DNA of 64,000 nt, taken from an uncultured Sphingobacteriaceae bacterium. GTDB lineage: Bacteria > Bacteroidota > Bacteroidia > Sphingobacteriales > Sphingobacteriaceae. The DNA lies in assembly GCA_964454645.1 (NCBI GenBank), contig CAYVTM010000004.1, positions 130,165-194,164 on the forward strand, read 5' to 3'. The position numbers and the translations under genes were made by a program. Within the stretch, counting starts at the first letter, position 1, and the number at the start of each line of letters is the position of its first letter. The notes below the pieces were generated by a model, which did not search any database, was not told where the DNA came from, and was given only the letters and a program-made list of their open reading frames with translations. Of this stretch, positions 1 to 10,201 are shown in pieces.

Positions 1-417
1 CGTTATCCCGATTGCTATGGAATTGATATGTCGCGGATGGGTGAATTTGTTGCTTTTCAGGCAGCAATAGCTTTGCTCGAAGAGCGAAATATGCAAGGGC
101 TTATTGCGGAAGTTTATGAAAAATGTAAAGCACAAGAGAGCCTTCCTACCGATCAGATTCAGAACTTTGTAAAAGACATCTATCGACCTTTTACAGCACT
201 TGAAATTTCCGATCAAATAGCAGAGATTGTTAAGCCGAAAGATATTCGTGCAGATGTAAAAGTGATTTATCAGACCATTGAACATTTACATGAAGCTTGT
301 CCCGATAATACCGGTGATTGGTATTTCTCGGGCGACTTTCCCACTCCCGGTGGAATGAAAGTGGTGAATAAAGCATTTATAAATTATATCGAAGGGAAAA
401 ACGAAAGAGCTTATTAA
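1..417 (+). CDS. purF: amidophosphoribosyltransferase, C-terminal fragment (5' end outside window)
   Basis: Frame 1 is open from base 1 (RYPDCYGIDM precedes the listed Met), so the gene starts upstream of the window. The tail ...TGDWYFSGDFPTPGG...NERAY resembles, from memory, the C-terminus of the long Bacteroidota-type glutamine-PRPP amidotransferase. Recollection only, no search. Confidence 0.5.
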   Translation, partial: RYPDCYGIDMSRMGEFVAFQAAIALLEERNMQGLIAEVYEKCKAQESLPTDQIQNFVKDIYRPFTALEISDQIAEIVKPKDIRADVKVIYQTIEHLHEACPDNTGDWYFSGDFPTPGGMKVVNKAFINYIEGKNERAY

Positions 418-428
418 TCTTATTAATG

Positions 429-1049
429 TCAGGAAGCTATAATGCGTGCTATCATAGCGAATGCAAAGATAATTAATGCCGAACCTACAATGCGGTTCAT
501 CCATCGGATAACTTTTTCGCTGAACATGTGCCGCAATCTGCTGGAGATATAAGCTTTGGTAAGATCGAGCGAGAGTACTGTAAATAAAGTGCTTCCTAAA
601 AATACCGCAATATCCTGAGAGGACGTATCCGTATTTCCGCTTAATACCGTCGCCACCCCCAGCCAATAAAAAAACATTCCGGGGTTTAAAAAATTCATCA
701 GGAAACCCTTAATGAAATAACCCGTTTGTTTCATCTTTTTTACTTCTGTGCCGGCATCTAATTGGATTGTTGTTTTCTTAAGCAGGTAGCGCAATCCGAT
801 GGCAATCAGAAATATTCCTCCCACTCCCGCAATGTATAATTTATATTCTTCAGCTATGCCGATAACTCTGGAGCCTAAAAATGTCAGAGAAATATAAAAG
901 GCATCCGAAAAGAATACTCCTAATGCAAAAGCAGCTCCCGACTTAAATCCTTTTTCGATACTCGTACGAACCAGGGAAAAAAAAGCTGGCCCGGTTAAGA
1001 GCGAAAGAATTAATCCGGCCCCCATACCACCAATAATGATTTTTATCAT
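429..1049 (-). CDS. LysE/RhtB family amino-acid exporter
   Basis: 206 aa with about 6 hydrophobic segments. The N-terminal GMGAGLILSLLTGPAFF and the overall layout are typical of LysE-type translocators. Confidence 0.7.
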   Translation of the reverse strand: MIKIIIGGMGAGLILSLLTGPAFFSLVRTSIEKGFKSGAAFALGVFFSDAFYISLTFLGSRVIGIAEEYKLYIAGVGGIFLIAIGLRYLLKKTTIQLDAGTEVKKMKQTGYFIKGFLMNFLNPGMFFYWLGVATVLSGNTDTSSQDIAVFLGSTLFTVLSLDLTKAYISSRLRHMFSEKVIRWMNRIVGSALIIFAFAMIARIIAS

Positions 1050-1191
1050 CGAGATTAATTAACCATATTTCCGTAAAAATGCAATAATTTCTATAAAATT
1101 GAAAGCTATCGCCTAAGAAATCAATCTTAATGTAAATTGCAATTGCTATTTAAACACTATTTTATAGATTTATAAAATTAACCACCCGTAC

Positions 1192-2457
1192 ATGAAGAAT
1201 CATTCCAATCAACACAGCAACCCCTTTGCATTCGCCATTGTTGCTGCACTATTTTTTATTTTCGGATTCGTTACCTGGCTCAATGGTGTTTTAATTCCAT
1301 ACCTGAAAATAGCTTGTGAACTGAATAATTTTGAGTCGTATCTCGTAACTTTCGCCTTTTACATTTCTTATTTTGTAATGGCAATTCCTTCCGCAGCAAT
1401 TTTGAAACGTACCGGTTTTAAAAATGGAATGAAAGCAGGGCTGTACTGTATGGCTGTCGGGGCTTTGTTGTTTATCCCCGCAGCAATGAGCCGTATGTAT
1501 TTGCTTTTTTTAACCGGGCTTTTTGTAATGGGTACCGGACTGGCAATTCTTCAGACCGCATCGAATCCCTATGTTACGGTTATTGGCCCGGTAGAAAGCG
1601 CTGCAAGAAGGATCAGTATCATGGGTATATGTAATAAGGTTGCCGGAACACTAAGCCCAATAATTTTAGGAGCAGTGGTTTTAAAAGATGCTGATGCCTT
1701 GGTAATAAAATTGCAAAATATGGATACGATCCAGCGTGCTGTAGAATTAGACATGCTGGCATCAAAAGTGATTATTCCATATTGCATCATCAGCCTTGTG
1801 TTGGTAGCACTGGCATTATTGATACATTTCGCGCATCTGCCTGAAATAGATACTGACCGGGAAGATGAAGAAACGCAATTGGCAAATCATACAAAAATCT
1901 CTGTTTTTCAATTCCCGAATTTAGTATTGGGAGTAATTGCCTTGTTTTTATATGTAGGTGTTGAAGTGATAGCAGGAGATACCATTATCAGTTACGGACA
2001 TTCGCAAGGAATTGGATTATCGCGCGCCAAGCTTTTCACCTCCTATACTTTATTGGCAATGGTTATTGGTTATATCATCGGGATAATTACCATTCCTAAA
2101 TATATAAAACAAGAAAAGGCTTTGTTGTTTTCGGCAGTGTCGGGAATACTTTTTTCTATCTTTGCGGTGTTTACCGAAGGCTATGTTTCGGTAATGTGTA
2201 TAGCGTTATTGGGTTTATCGAATGCTTTAGTATGGCCCGCAATATGGCCATTGGCAATAAAGGGTTTGGGAAGGTTTACCAAAATCGGATCTTCGTATTT
2301 AATTATGGCGATTGCCGGAGGAGCGGTACTGCCTTTAGTTTACGGGAGATTGGCAGATGAGTTTGATCCGCAACGAGCTTATTATTTACTGATTCCTTGT
2401 TATTTGTTTATTGCCTATTACGCTGCATACGGTTATAAGATTAAAAATTTTAAATGA
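1192..2457 (+). CDS. MFS sugar:H+ symporter (FucP/GluP glucose-galactose/fucose family)
   Basis: 421 aa with about 12 TM helices. The N-terminus FAIVAALFFIFGFVTWLNGVLIPYLK is typical of the FucP/GluP subfamily. The stop overlaps the next start (ATGA). Confidence 0.7.
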   Translation: MKNHSNQHSNPFAFAIVAALFFIFGFVTWLNGVLIPYLKIACELNNFESYLVTFAFYISYFVMAIPSAAILKRTGFKNGMKAGLYCMAVGALLFIPAAMSRMYLLFLTGLFVMGTGLAILQTASNPYVTVIGPVESAARRISIMGICNKVAGTLSPIILGAVVLKDADALVIKLQNMDTIQRAVELDMLASKVIIPYCIISLVLVALALLIHFAHLPEIDTDREDEETQLANHTKISVFQFPNLVLGVIALFLYVGVEVIAGDTIISYGHSQGIGLSRAKLFTSYTLLAMVIGYIIGIITIPKYIKQEKALLFSAVSGILFSIFAVFTEGYVSVMCIALLGLSNALVWPAIWPLAIKGLGRFTKIGSSYLIMAIAGGAVLPLVYGRLADEFDPQRAYYLLIPCYLFIAYYAAYGYKIKNFK

Positions 2458-2915
2458 AGAGAGAACGCTTAAGTTTTGATACGATTTTCATGAACCTGGC
2501 TTCGGATTTAGCCGGACGCTCGCATTGTGTGAAGGCGCAGGTAGGGGCTGTATTGGTAAAGGATACCCGTATTATTTCGATCGGGTATAATGGCCCGCCT
2601 TCGGGTACACACAACTGCGATGAAGAATGGCCGGACGAGGGTTGCCCCCGTGACTCCAAAAATTCCTGTTCCCTGGCCTTACATGCGGAAGAAAACGCAA
2701 TATTATATGCAGTAAAAAACGGGGCTTCTTTGGAAGGATCAACGCTTTATATGACTTTATCGCCCTGTATTTCTTGCGCCCGTTTGATTTTCTCTTCGGG
2801 TATTAAAAGGGTGTACTATAGAGATTCGTATGCTGCTTATAAAGGTTTGTCCAATGATGAAGGGGTTGATTTTCTGAATAAATTTGGGGTGGAAGCATGT
2901 TTGTTAATTAGTTAA
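2454..2915 (+). CDS. deoxycytidylate (dCMP) deaminase, ComEB-type
   Basis: 153 aa. Carries the cytidine/dCMP deaminase zinc motifs HAEENA and PCISCA, and the size fits dCMP deaminase. Confidence 0.85.
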   Translation: MKRERLSFDTIFMNLASDLAGRSHCVKAQVGAVLVKDTRIISIGYNGPPSGTHNCDEEWPDEGCPRDSKNSCSLALHAEENAILYAVKNGASLEGSTLYMTLSPCISCARLIFSSGIKRVYYRDSYAAYKGLSNDEGVDFLNKFGVEACLLIS

Positions 2916-3107
2916 TTGTTAATGTGATAATTAGCCAATTCTTCAATGTGATGATTAAACTCTGTTGTCTCTTTTGACAGTTGTCGTCCCCTCAGTGACT
3001 CATTAATTATCGAATTAGTTAATAGCTCTATAGTCCCTTCCAAGCACCCCCATTATTAAATTGTCAAATCAGCTAATTATCACATTACATAATTATCACA
3101 TTAACAA
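2916..3107. repeat. 192-bp AT-rich unit bounded by perfect 18-bp inverted repeats, with three further internal motif copies
   Basis: TTGTTAATGTGATAATTA (2916-2933) is the exact reverse complement of TAATTATCACATTAACAA (3090-3107). Extra copies lie at 3072-3087 (exact, 16 nt), 2945-2957 (1 mismatch) and 3004-3017 (12/14). Confidence 0.6.
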
Positions 3108-3126
3108 AATAACCCTATCTTTGCAC

Positions 3127-4656
3127 ATGCCTGAAAAAATCATCATCCTCGATTTTGGTTCCCAGTACACACAACTCATAGCCCGCAGGGTGAGGGAACT
3201 CAATGTTTATTGCGAAATTCATCCCTATAATAAAGTTCCGACACTCGATACAACTGTAAAAGGAGTAATACTTTCGGGAAGTCCGCATTCGGTTCGCGAA
3301 GAAGACGCGCCTAATATCGATTTTAAATCTATTCAGGAAAAGTATCCCTTATTAGGTGTGTGTTACGGGGCCCAATTAATTGCACAGAAATCGGGAGGAA
3401 ATGTTCTTCCTTCTAAAATAAGAGAATATGGACGCGCGAACTTATCTTTTATATCCGGATCGGATGATTTGATGACTGCTGTTTCTTCCAATTCGCAAGT
3501 ATGGATGTCGCATGGCGACACCATTGCCGAAATTCCGGAGAATTTTGAAATTATTGCAAGTACCGATTCGGTAAAAGTTGCAGCCTATCATGTAAAAGGT
3601 ACTAAAACCTATGGGATACAATTCCATCCGGAAGTAACGCATTCGGTTGAAGGAAAACATTTACTGCATAACTTCCTGGTTGGCATCTGCGGATGTACTC
3701 AGGATTGGACACCCGATTCGTTTATCGAAAGCACAATCGAAAAATTACAGTCACAATTGGGTAATGACCGGGTAGTATTGGGTTTGTCGGGAGGGGTAGA
3801 TTCATCGGTAGCAGCTATACTTCTACACAAAGCAATAGGAGCGAATCTGTTTTGCATTTTTGTGGATAATGGATTGTTACGTAAAGATGAGTTTGAAGAA
3901 GTGCTGGAGTCATATAAACACATGGGCCTGAATGTTAAAGGAGTTGATGCTAAGGAGAAATTCTACTCAGCGTTAAAAAGTTTAAGCGATCCCGAGCAAA
4001 AACGAAAAGCTATCGGTAAAGTATTTGTGGATGTTTTCGATGAAGAGTCTCATCTTATAGAAAATGTGAAATGGTTGGGTCAGGGAACAATTTATCCCGA
4101 TGTTATTGAATCGGTTTCGGTAAAAGGACCTTCAGCTACCATAAAATCGCATCATAATGTAGGTGGTTTGCCCGATTATATGAAATTAAAAGTGGTAGAA
4201 CCTTTGAATACTTTATTTAAGGATGAAGTGCGCAGAGTAGGACATGCTTTAGGTATTGACCCGAAAATATTAAACAGGCATCCTTTCCCCGGACCGGGTT
4301 TAGCGATTCGGATTCTTGGCGAAATAACCCGGGAAAAAATTGCTATCTTACAACAGGCCGACGCGATATTTATTCAGAATTTAAAAAATTCGGGTTGGTA
4401 CGATAAGGTATGGCAGGCAGGTGCAATCTTTCTGCCGGTACAATCGGTGGGTGTAATGGGCGATGAGCGTACGTATGAACATGTGATATGTATTCGTGCT
4501 GTAGAATCAATCGATGGAATGACAGCCGATTGGAGCCATTTGCCTTATGAACTATTAGCTAAAATATCGAATGAGATTATTAATCAGGTTAAAGGTGTAA
4601 ATCGTGTTGTTTATGATATCAGTTCCAAACCTCCGGCTACCATTGAGTGGGAATAA
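3127..4656 (+). CDS. guaA: GMP synthase (glutamine-hydrolysing)
   Basis: GATase-1 part ([29 protein letters not shown]), ATP-pyrophosphatase P-loop SGGVDSSV, and C-terminal ...[11 protein letters not shown] moved the start from TTG 3061 to ATG 3127 ([14 protein letters not shown]) because the 22-aa extension lies in the repeat array and is not GuaA-like. Confidence 0.95.
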   Translation: MPEKIIILDFGSQYTQLIARRVRELNVYCEIHPYNKVPTLDTTVKGVILSGSPHSVREEDAPNIDFKSIQEKYPLLGVCYGAQLIAQKSGGNVLPSKIREYGRANLSFISGSDDLMTAVSSNSQVWMSHGDTIAEIPENFEIIASTDSVKVAAYHVKGTKTYGIQFHPEVTHSVEGKHLLHNFLVGICGCTQDWTPDSFIESTIEKLQSQLGNDRVVLGLSGGVDSSVAAILLHKAIGANLFCIFVDNGLLRKDEFEEVLESYKHMGLNVKGVDAKEKFYSALKSLSDPEQKRKAIGKVFVDVFDEESHLIENVKWLGQGTIYPDVIESVSVKGPSATIKSHHNVGGLPDYMKLKVVEPLNTLFKDEVRRVGHALGIDPKILNRHPFPGPGLAIRILGEITREKIAILQQADAIFIQNLKNSGWYDKVWQAGAIFLPVQSVGVMGDERTYEHVICIRAVESIDGMTADWSHLPYELLAKISNEIINQVKGVNRVVYDISSKPPATIEWE

Positions 4657-5893
4657 ACTTAAAAAGCTGTTTGCTTACTTATTTGTCTTCCCTGTTTTAT
4701 TAGCTTGTTCAACATCGAAAGGAATACCTGCCGATAGTATTGGATATGTTGCAGAGACTAAGTCTTTAGAACAGCAATCAGTGCAGGCAAAACTCTTGAA
4801 AGAAGAGAATGCTGCCCCCAAGAAGAAGCAAGAAATCATTGTTTCCTACCTGTTGCCTTTTCAGACTGCGAATTATCCTGCAAATGAAATTCCTGATAGC
4901 AAGGTTTATGACCAATCGGCTTTGGCAATCGATTATTTAAACGGAGCGAAAATTGCCATCGACTCGATACATAAAAGCTGCAAAGAAAAAATTACAGTAC
5001 ATATTTTCGATTCGCAAAACGACTCCAATCAGGTGCGTAAAATTACCTGGAAGCCTGAGCTGGCAATGTCCTCGGTAATCTTCGGTCCGGTTTATCCCGA
5101 TGAATTATCGATCATGGCAGGTTATAGTCGTCGGAGTAAAATCCCCGTAGTATCTCCTATATCTCCTGCGGCATTGGATACTTACAAAAACCCCTATTTC
5201 ATTTCTGCAAACAATACACTTGAATCACATGCTTTTCAGATGGCAGATTTCATGAATCGAAATACGAGCAAAAGAAAGGTGTTGATTGTACATGGCGGCA
5301 CCAATTGGGAGGAGCGTTACATGAATGCCTTTACAAAAAGGTTGGATAGTTTAGACAAGAATTTTCTTATTGAAGTAATCAACACTGCTCAGGAAGAAAA
5401 TGATCTGATAGGAAAAAGCCTGAATGCTCTGGAAGAAAATTATATCTTAATTCCTTCTGCCGATCAGGCTTATGTAATTGCTTTATTGAAATATTTTAAT
5501 CTGCTTGAAAAAGAATACCCGATTACATTATTAGGTCATCCGGTATGGTCGGAATTCTCCAGTATCGACTTAGGTTTAATGCAGAAATTTAAAGTGCATA
5601 TTACTACATCACTCTATGTAGATTATAACAATGAACGAGTAATACAATTTGTAAAACGCTATCGCGAATTATATGGTGTGGATCCCAGCGATAATGCATT
5701 TCGTGGATTCGATCAGAGCTATTATTTTTTATCGAAATTACTGAAGGATCCTAAATTGAATCTGAGTAAAATGAAGCCGGAACAAGGCATTGCCAGTCGT
5801 TTTAATTTTCGTTCTTTCGGAGATAGCGGATATAAGAATCAGGAATTGTTTGTAGTAAAATTTCAGGATTATCAATTAGCCGTACAACCATGA
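4604..5893 (+). CDS. lipoprotein with type-1 periplasmic-binding-protein-like fold (LivK/receptor-family ligand-binding type); function unknown
   Basis: 429 aa with a lipoprotein-type signal (...FPVLLACS). The rest is reminiscent of PBP1-type solute-binding domains. The start is uncertain: ATG 4604 overlaps the guaA end by 53 nt. Confidence 0.45.
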   Translation: MLFMISVPNLRLPLSGNKLKKLFAYLFVFPVLLACSTSKGIPADSIGYVAETKSLEQQSVQAKLLKEENAAPKKKQEIIVSYLLPFQTANYPANEIPDSKVYDQSALAIDYLNGAKIAIDSIHKSCKEKITVHIFDSQNDSNQVRKITWKPELAMSSVIFGPVYPDELSIMAGYSRRSKIPVVSPISPAALDTYKNPYFISANNTLESHAFQMADFMNRNTSKRKVLIVHGGTNWEERYMNAFTKRLDSLDKNFLIEVINTAQEENDLIGKSLNALEENYILIPSADQAYVIALLKYFNLLEKEYPITLLGHPVWSEFSSIDLGLMQKFKVHITTSLYVDYNNERVIQFVKRYRELYGVDPSDNAFRGFDQSYYFLSKLLKDPKLNLSKMKPEQGIASRFNFRSFGDSGYKNQELFVVKFQDYQLAVQP

Positions 5894-7038
5894 TTTTTGA
5901 TAATCAACGGAGAATTTTTATCGACTTCATTAATAATCTCCCGAACGATCGTCCGCTGGCAAAATATTTTCCGGAATATTTTAAACAAAATAAGCAGATG
6001 GGTTCACGCGATCGTAAGAACCTCAGTAGATTTGTTTATCAATATTTCCGCATCGGAAATGTCTTGCAAAATTTAGAAGTTTCCGAACGACTGAATGTGT
6101 CTTTATATTTATGTAACACTACCGAACAGGCTTTCCTGACCTACTTCAACAAAACACTTGCAGATACAATCACGCTGAACTTGGATGATAAATTTCTTTT
6201 CTTAAAAGAACAGTGCCCCGAATTTAACCATCAGGATATATTCCCTTTTCATACACATTTATCCGAAGGTATAGATGCTAAAGCATTTATATCGGCACAG
6301 CTTGTTCAACCCGATTTGTTTTTGCGTGCGGTAAGAGGAAAAGAAAAAATGTTGGAAGCGCATCTGCAAAGCTTACGCATACCTTATGTAAGGGAGGGGT
6401 CTTGTTTTCGTTTAGCCAACGCAACACCGCTTCAATCGGATTTGTATTTGTATGAAGTGCAGGATCGTTCATCGCAACAGGTAAGCAATTATTTTCAGGC
6501 CTGTGCCGGAGAGTATTGGTGGGACTGCTGTGCAGGAAGCGGAGGAAAAAGTTTATCACTCCTGGATAAAGAACCCGATCTGAAATTATTGGTTTCAGAT
6601 ATGCGTGAAAGCATTCTGAAGAATCTGGATATTCGTTTTGACCGGGCAGGAATACGAAAATATACCCGGAGAATAATTGATCTTACCGGAGAGATTGAAT
6701 CCTTGCAAAAAGCATCCTTTGATGGAATTATTCTGGATGCACCCTGTAGTGGCTCCGGAACATGGGCTCGTACTCCGGAGATGATTCCCCGCTTTAATGA
6801 ATCGATGATTACTTATTTTTCGAAACTTCAAAAGGATATTGCCGATAATGCCATTCAGTTTCTGAAACCCGGGAAAGCGCTTATCTATATTACCTGCTCG
6901 GTATTTAAAGAAGAGAACGAAGATGTGATTGATTATCTTGTATCGGAAAAAGGCATGGTGTTGGAAAGTGTGGAATTGATAAAAGGCTATACTGCCAAAG
7001 CCGATACGATGTTCGTTGCCCGTTTGATACGCAAATAA
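5890..7038 (+). CDS. RsmB/NOP2/Sun-family RNA (cytosine-C5)-methyltransferase
   Basis: SAM-MTase motifs WDCCAGSGGKS and DAPCSGSGTWARTPE, plus a second catalytic Cys in ITCS. The start overlaps the upstream stop (ATGA). Confidence 0.7.
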   Translation: MIFDNQRRIFIDFINNLPNDRPLAKYFPEYFKQNKQMGSRDRKNLSRFVYQYFRIGNVLQNLEVSERLNVSLYLCNTTEQAFLTYFNKTLADTITLNLDDKFLFLKEQCPEFNHQDIFPFHTHLSEGIDAKAFISAQLVQPDLFLRAVRGKEKMLEAHLQSLRIPYVREGSCFRLANATPLQSDLYLYEVQDRSSQQVSNYFQACAGEYWWDCCAGSGGKSLSLLDKEPDLKLLVSDMRESILKNLDIRFDRAGIRKYTRRIIDLTGEIESLQKASFDGIILDAPCSGSGTWARTPEMIPRFNESMITYFSKLQKDIADNAIQFLKPGKALIYITCSVFKEENEDVIDYLVSEKGMVLESVELIKGYTAKADTMFVARLIRK

Positions 7039-7125
7039 TTTTTATTTTATCAATCTTTGTATATATACAGTTGTGTATATATAGGCATTGCTTATTTTTG
7101 TTGATGTGTGGAATTTGAATGCTAT

Positions 7126-9363
7126 ATGGAAGATAATGACAAAGTAAAGCTCGCGGAACGTTTTATTAATTATACAAACAAACATGTTTTTCTTACCGGT
7201 AAGGCAGGTACAGGGAAAACTACGTTTTTGAAATATATTACCGAACATACTCATAAACCCTATCTGGTTACAGCTCCTACCGGTATTGCCGCCTTAAATG
7301 CAGGAGGGGTTACTTTACATTCGCAGTTTCAATTGCCATTCGGCGGATTCATCCCCGAGAGGCGTAGTTTTTTTTCGAATGAACAAATAAAATTCGAAAC
7401 ACAAAGCAGTATCTTACGACACATGCGCATGAGTGATGTGAAGCGCAGATCGATCCAAACCGCCGAGTTGTTAATTATAGATGAGGTAAGTATGCTGCGT
7501 GCCGATTTATTGGATGCGATTGATTATGTACTGAAACATATCCGTAAAAACAATCAGTCGTTCGGAGGGTTGCAGCTGCTTTTTATCGGGGATCTTTTGC
7601 AATTACCTCCTGTAGTACGTGATGAAGAGTGGGAGGTATTACGCGAATTTTACCGGAGCCCTTTTTTCTTTGATGGCCTTGCTTTACAAAATAACCAGCC
7701 GGTGTATATCGAGTTGGATAAAATCTACCGTCAGGAGGATACTCGCTTCACAGAGATCCTTAATAATATTCGATACAACCGCGTTAACGATGAAGATATA
7801 AAAGTACTGAACCTTTATCATAAGCCCGGCTATTCTCCCGAAACAGGATCAGGCTTTGTTACGCTTACTACACATAATCGTATTGCAGATAACATTAATC
7901 TTAAAGAGTTGGGGCAGTTGAATGGCAGTGCCTGTCGATATACCGCAGAAGTAGAGGATGAGTTCCCTGAAAATATGTATCCCTGCGAGAAAGAATTAGT
8001 ATTGAAAAAAGGATCGCAGGTAATGTTCATTAAAAACGATGTAAGTGGCAGGAACGAATACTATAATGGTAAGCTTGCCATCGTGAGTGCATTGACTGAT
8101 GATTCCATTGAAGTTAAAACGGAAGAAGGAGAACTCATTGCGTTAAGCCGTCAGGAATGGAAAAATATTCGGTATAAGGTAGATGAAAAAACGAATGAAA
8201 TAATGGAAGAGATTCTGGGAACTTTTAAGCAATATCCGCTTCGTTTGGCTTGGGCAATTACGATTCATAAAAGCCAGGGCCTTACTTTCGAAAAAGCAAT
8301 TGTAGATGTGCGCAATGTGTTTGCTTCGGGGCAAGCCTATGTGGCGATGTCGAGATTGCGAAGTTTGGAAGGGCTGGTGCTGTCCGGGCCCTTTTCAAAA
8401 GAAGGGATAAAGAACAACGAATCGGTTATTCAATATGAAGAGTATAAAAAGAGCAGAGAGAATACCGACGAATTGTTTCAGCAGGGAACGGATGAATACA
8501 TCCGGAACTATTGTTTGAAAGTATTTGATTTTAAAGAGCTATTGCAGGAATGGACAGCTCACGTACAATCGTACAATAAAGAAGAGCTTCATTCCGAAAA
8601 ACAAAAACATTTAGAATGGGCACAAGGACAAAGGGAATTGATACAACAGCTCTCTGAAGCAGCAGCTAAATTTACGACCCAATTGTATGGAATATTAGAA
8701 CAGCGGGATATGCTTCGCTTAGAACAGCGAGTAAACGATGCATGGTTTTACTTTAAGGAGCATTTAAAAACTATTTCAATCCATATATTCGATCATCGGA
8801 AAGAGGTGCAGTTAAAGAAAAGGGTAAAGTCGTATCTTTTGGAACTAGCGGATTTGGAGTCGGCAGTATTCGCCAGGATGCAAAGCATATATAAAGCCAA
8901 AAGCATGTGTACTGCCTATCGGAACCATTATAGCTTTTCGGGAGAGTCATTCAGTAATGAAAATCAATTTCAATGGCGCTCGGAGCGAATGACAGATAAT
9001 GCCTGGGAAAGGCCCGGAAAGCCGGCATCGTCTCCTAAGCGCGGTAAGCCTGTAAGGAAAGATGCGGGAGAAACCTATCAGATTACCTATGGTTTGTATG
9101 AAAATGGGATGAGCATAGAGGAGATTGCTAAACAACGATCGATGGCTGTGGGAACCATTGAAACACATTTCGCAAAACTGATTGGCAATAAGCAAATCAA
9201 TATTAAAAAGCTGATGTCGGAAGATGCTATTGAAAAAATATCGGAATGTATTGATGCCAATAACGGAAAAAAAATATCAGCGCTGAAAGGGTTATTGGGG
9301 GAAGATACGAGTTATGCTGAAATCCGAATGGTATTAGCGCATTTAAAAGCTATCGATGATTAA
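7126..9363 (+). CDS. SF1 Pif1/RecD-like DNA helicase with long C-terminal extension ending in an HTH-like module
   Basis: Walker A GKAGTGKTT, Walker B/motif II IIDEVSM, and motif WAITIHKSQGLTFEKAIV. About 300 extra C-terminal residues end in SIEEIAKQRSMAVGTIETHFAKLI (HTH-like). ATG 7126 is preferred over GTG 7108. Confidence 0.75.
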   Translation: MEDNDKVKLAERFINYTNKHVFLTGKAGTGKTTFLKYITEHTHKPYLVTAPTGIAALNAGGVTLHSQFQLPFGGFIPERRSFFSNEQIKFETQSSILRHMRMSDVKRRSIQTAELLIIDEVSMLRADLLDAIDYVLKHIRKNNQSFGGLQLLFIGDLLQLPPVVRDEEWEVLREFYRSPFFFDGLALQNNQPVYIELDKIYRQEDTRFTEILNNIRYNRVNDEDIKVLNLYHKPGYSPETGSGFVTLTTHNRIADNINLKELGQLNGSACRYTAEVEDEFPENMYPCEKELVLKKGSQVMFIKNDVSGRNEYYNGKLAIVSALTDDSIEVKTEEGELIALSRQEWKNIRYKVDEKTNEIMEEILGTFKQYPLRLAWAITIHKSQGLTFEKAIVDVRNVFASGQAYVAMSRLRSLEGLVLSGPFSKEGIKNNESVIQYEEYKKSRENTDELFQQGTDEYIRNYCLKVFDFKELLQEWTAHVQSYNKEELHSEKQKHLEWAQGQRELIQQLSEAAAKFTTQLYGILEQRDMLRLEQRVNDAWFYFKEHLKTISIHIFDHRKEVQLKKRVKSYLLELADLESAVFARMQSIYKAKSMCTAYRNHYSFSGESFSNENQFQWRSERMTDNAWERPGKPASSPKRGKPVRKDAGETYQITYGLYENGMSIEEIAKQRSMAVGTIETHFAKLIGNKQINIKKLMSEDAIEKISECIDANNGKKISALKGLLGEDTSYAEIRMVLAHLKAIDD

Positions 9364-9402
9364 ATACTGACAATTTAATTTCAGATGCAGATTTTGTGTC
9401 GT

Positions 9403-10110
9403 TTATGCCATATTATGATATACTTCATTCACATCGTCATCTTCTTCCAAACGATCGATGAGTTTCTCTATCTCTACACGTTGTTCCTCCGTAACCTCTA
9501 CGGTACTTAATGGAAAGCGCTGGAGTTCCGAACTGATAATGTTAAGTCCTTTATCTTCCAATGCTTTTTGCATTTTTCCGAAATCTTCGAAAGCGGTATA
9601 AACAATAATTTCGTTTTCATCTACTTCAATTTCCTCGGCTCCGGAATCAATTAATTCCAGCTCCAATTCTTCGGCATTCAGATCTTCTCCGTTGATATGG
9701 AATACTGCTTTCCGCTCGAAAATAAAATTGAGTGATCCGGAAGTTCCCAGGCTACCGTTGTATTTTGTAAAATAGCTGCGTACATTACTTACCGTACGAT
9801 TAATATTGTCGGTGGATGTTTCTGCGAGTATCGCAACCCCATAAGGCGCATATCCTTCGTACACAATTTCTTCATAATCTTTCTCGTCCTTGCTGGAAGC
9901 GCGCTTGATAGCGGCTTCGATACGATCTTTAGGCATATTCGCTCCCTTGGCATTTTGTATGATAACGCGAAGTTTAGCATTTGTCTCGGGATTTGGCCCC
10001 CCGGATTTCACGGCCATTACTAAATCTTTCCCTATACGGGTAAAGGTTTTAGCCATCTTTCCCCATCGTTTTAATTTACGTTCTTTTCGAAACTCAAATG
10101 CTCTGCCCAT
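9403..10110 (-). CDS. YebC/PmpR family DNA-binding transcriptional regulator
   Basis: 235 aa. The N-terminus MGRAFEFRKERKLKRWGKMAKTFTRIGKDL and the overall sequence are characteristic of YebC. Confidence 0.9.
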   Translation of the reverse strand: MGRAFEFRKERKLKRWGKMAKTFTRIGKDLVMAVKSGGPNPETNAKLRVIIQNAKGANMPKDRIEAAIKRASSKDEKDYEEIVYEGYAPYGVAILAETSTDNINRTVSNVRSYFTKYNGSLGTSGSLNFIFERKAVFHINGEDLNAEELELELIDSGAEEIEVDENEIIVYTAFEDFGKMQKALEDKGLNIISSELQRFPLSTVEVTEEQRVEIEKLIDRLEEDDDVNEVYHNMA

Positions 10111-10201
10111 GATTCGTGAATGTATTGATTAGATCGCAAATATAATAATTATCGATTTATCTGCCAGATGCAACTCGTTATACCGTTTAAGCTGTGAATA
10201 A

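Noticed and set aside
286-666. A 126-aa ORF on the minus strand overlapping the purF tail and the LysE gene. The same applies to dozens of other 60-130-aa ORFs in the six-frame track that lie antisense to, or out of frame with, long well-supported genes (e.g. 1569-1790, 3442-3660, 8947-9195, 17159-17554, 26369-26724, 39762-40082, 48760-49233, 57239-57571).
   Set aside because: They sit entirely inside or across confidently identified genes, have low-complexity or Arg/Ser/Ile-rich translations, and show no motifs. They are typical shadow ORFs.
3061-3126. N-terminal extensions proposed by the ORF track for guaA (3061), the helicase (7108), the permease (12375), the CBS protein (14856), pyrR (27338), rpsA (29482), the NUDIX gene (37084), clpB (38122), the M4 protease (40815), tetR (53016) and nuoC (63265).
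   Set aside because: In each case an internal ATG gives the family-typical N-terminus or signal peptide. The extension runs into terminators, repeats or neighbouring genes, and several of the extended starts are TTG or GTG.
7058-7083. Palindromic TGTATATATACA followed by TGTGTATATATA in the helicase promoter region.
   Set aside because: This is (TA)n-type low-complexity sequence, which is self-complementary by nature. There is no evidence that it is more than AT-rich promoter DNA.
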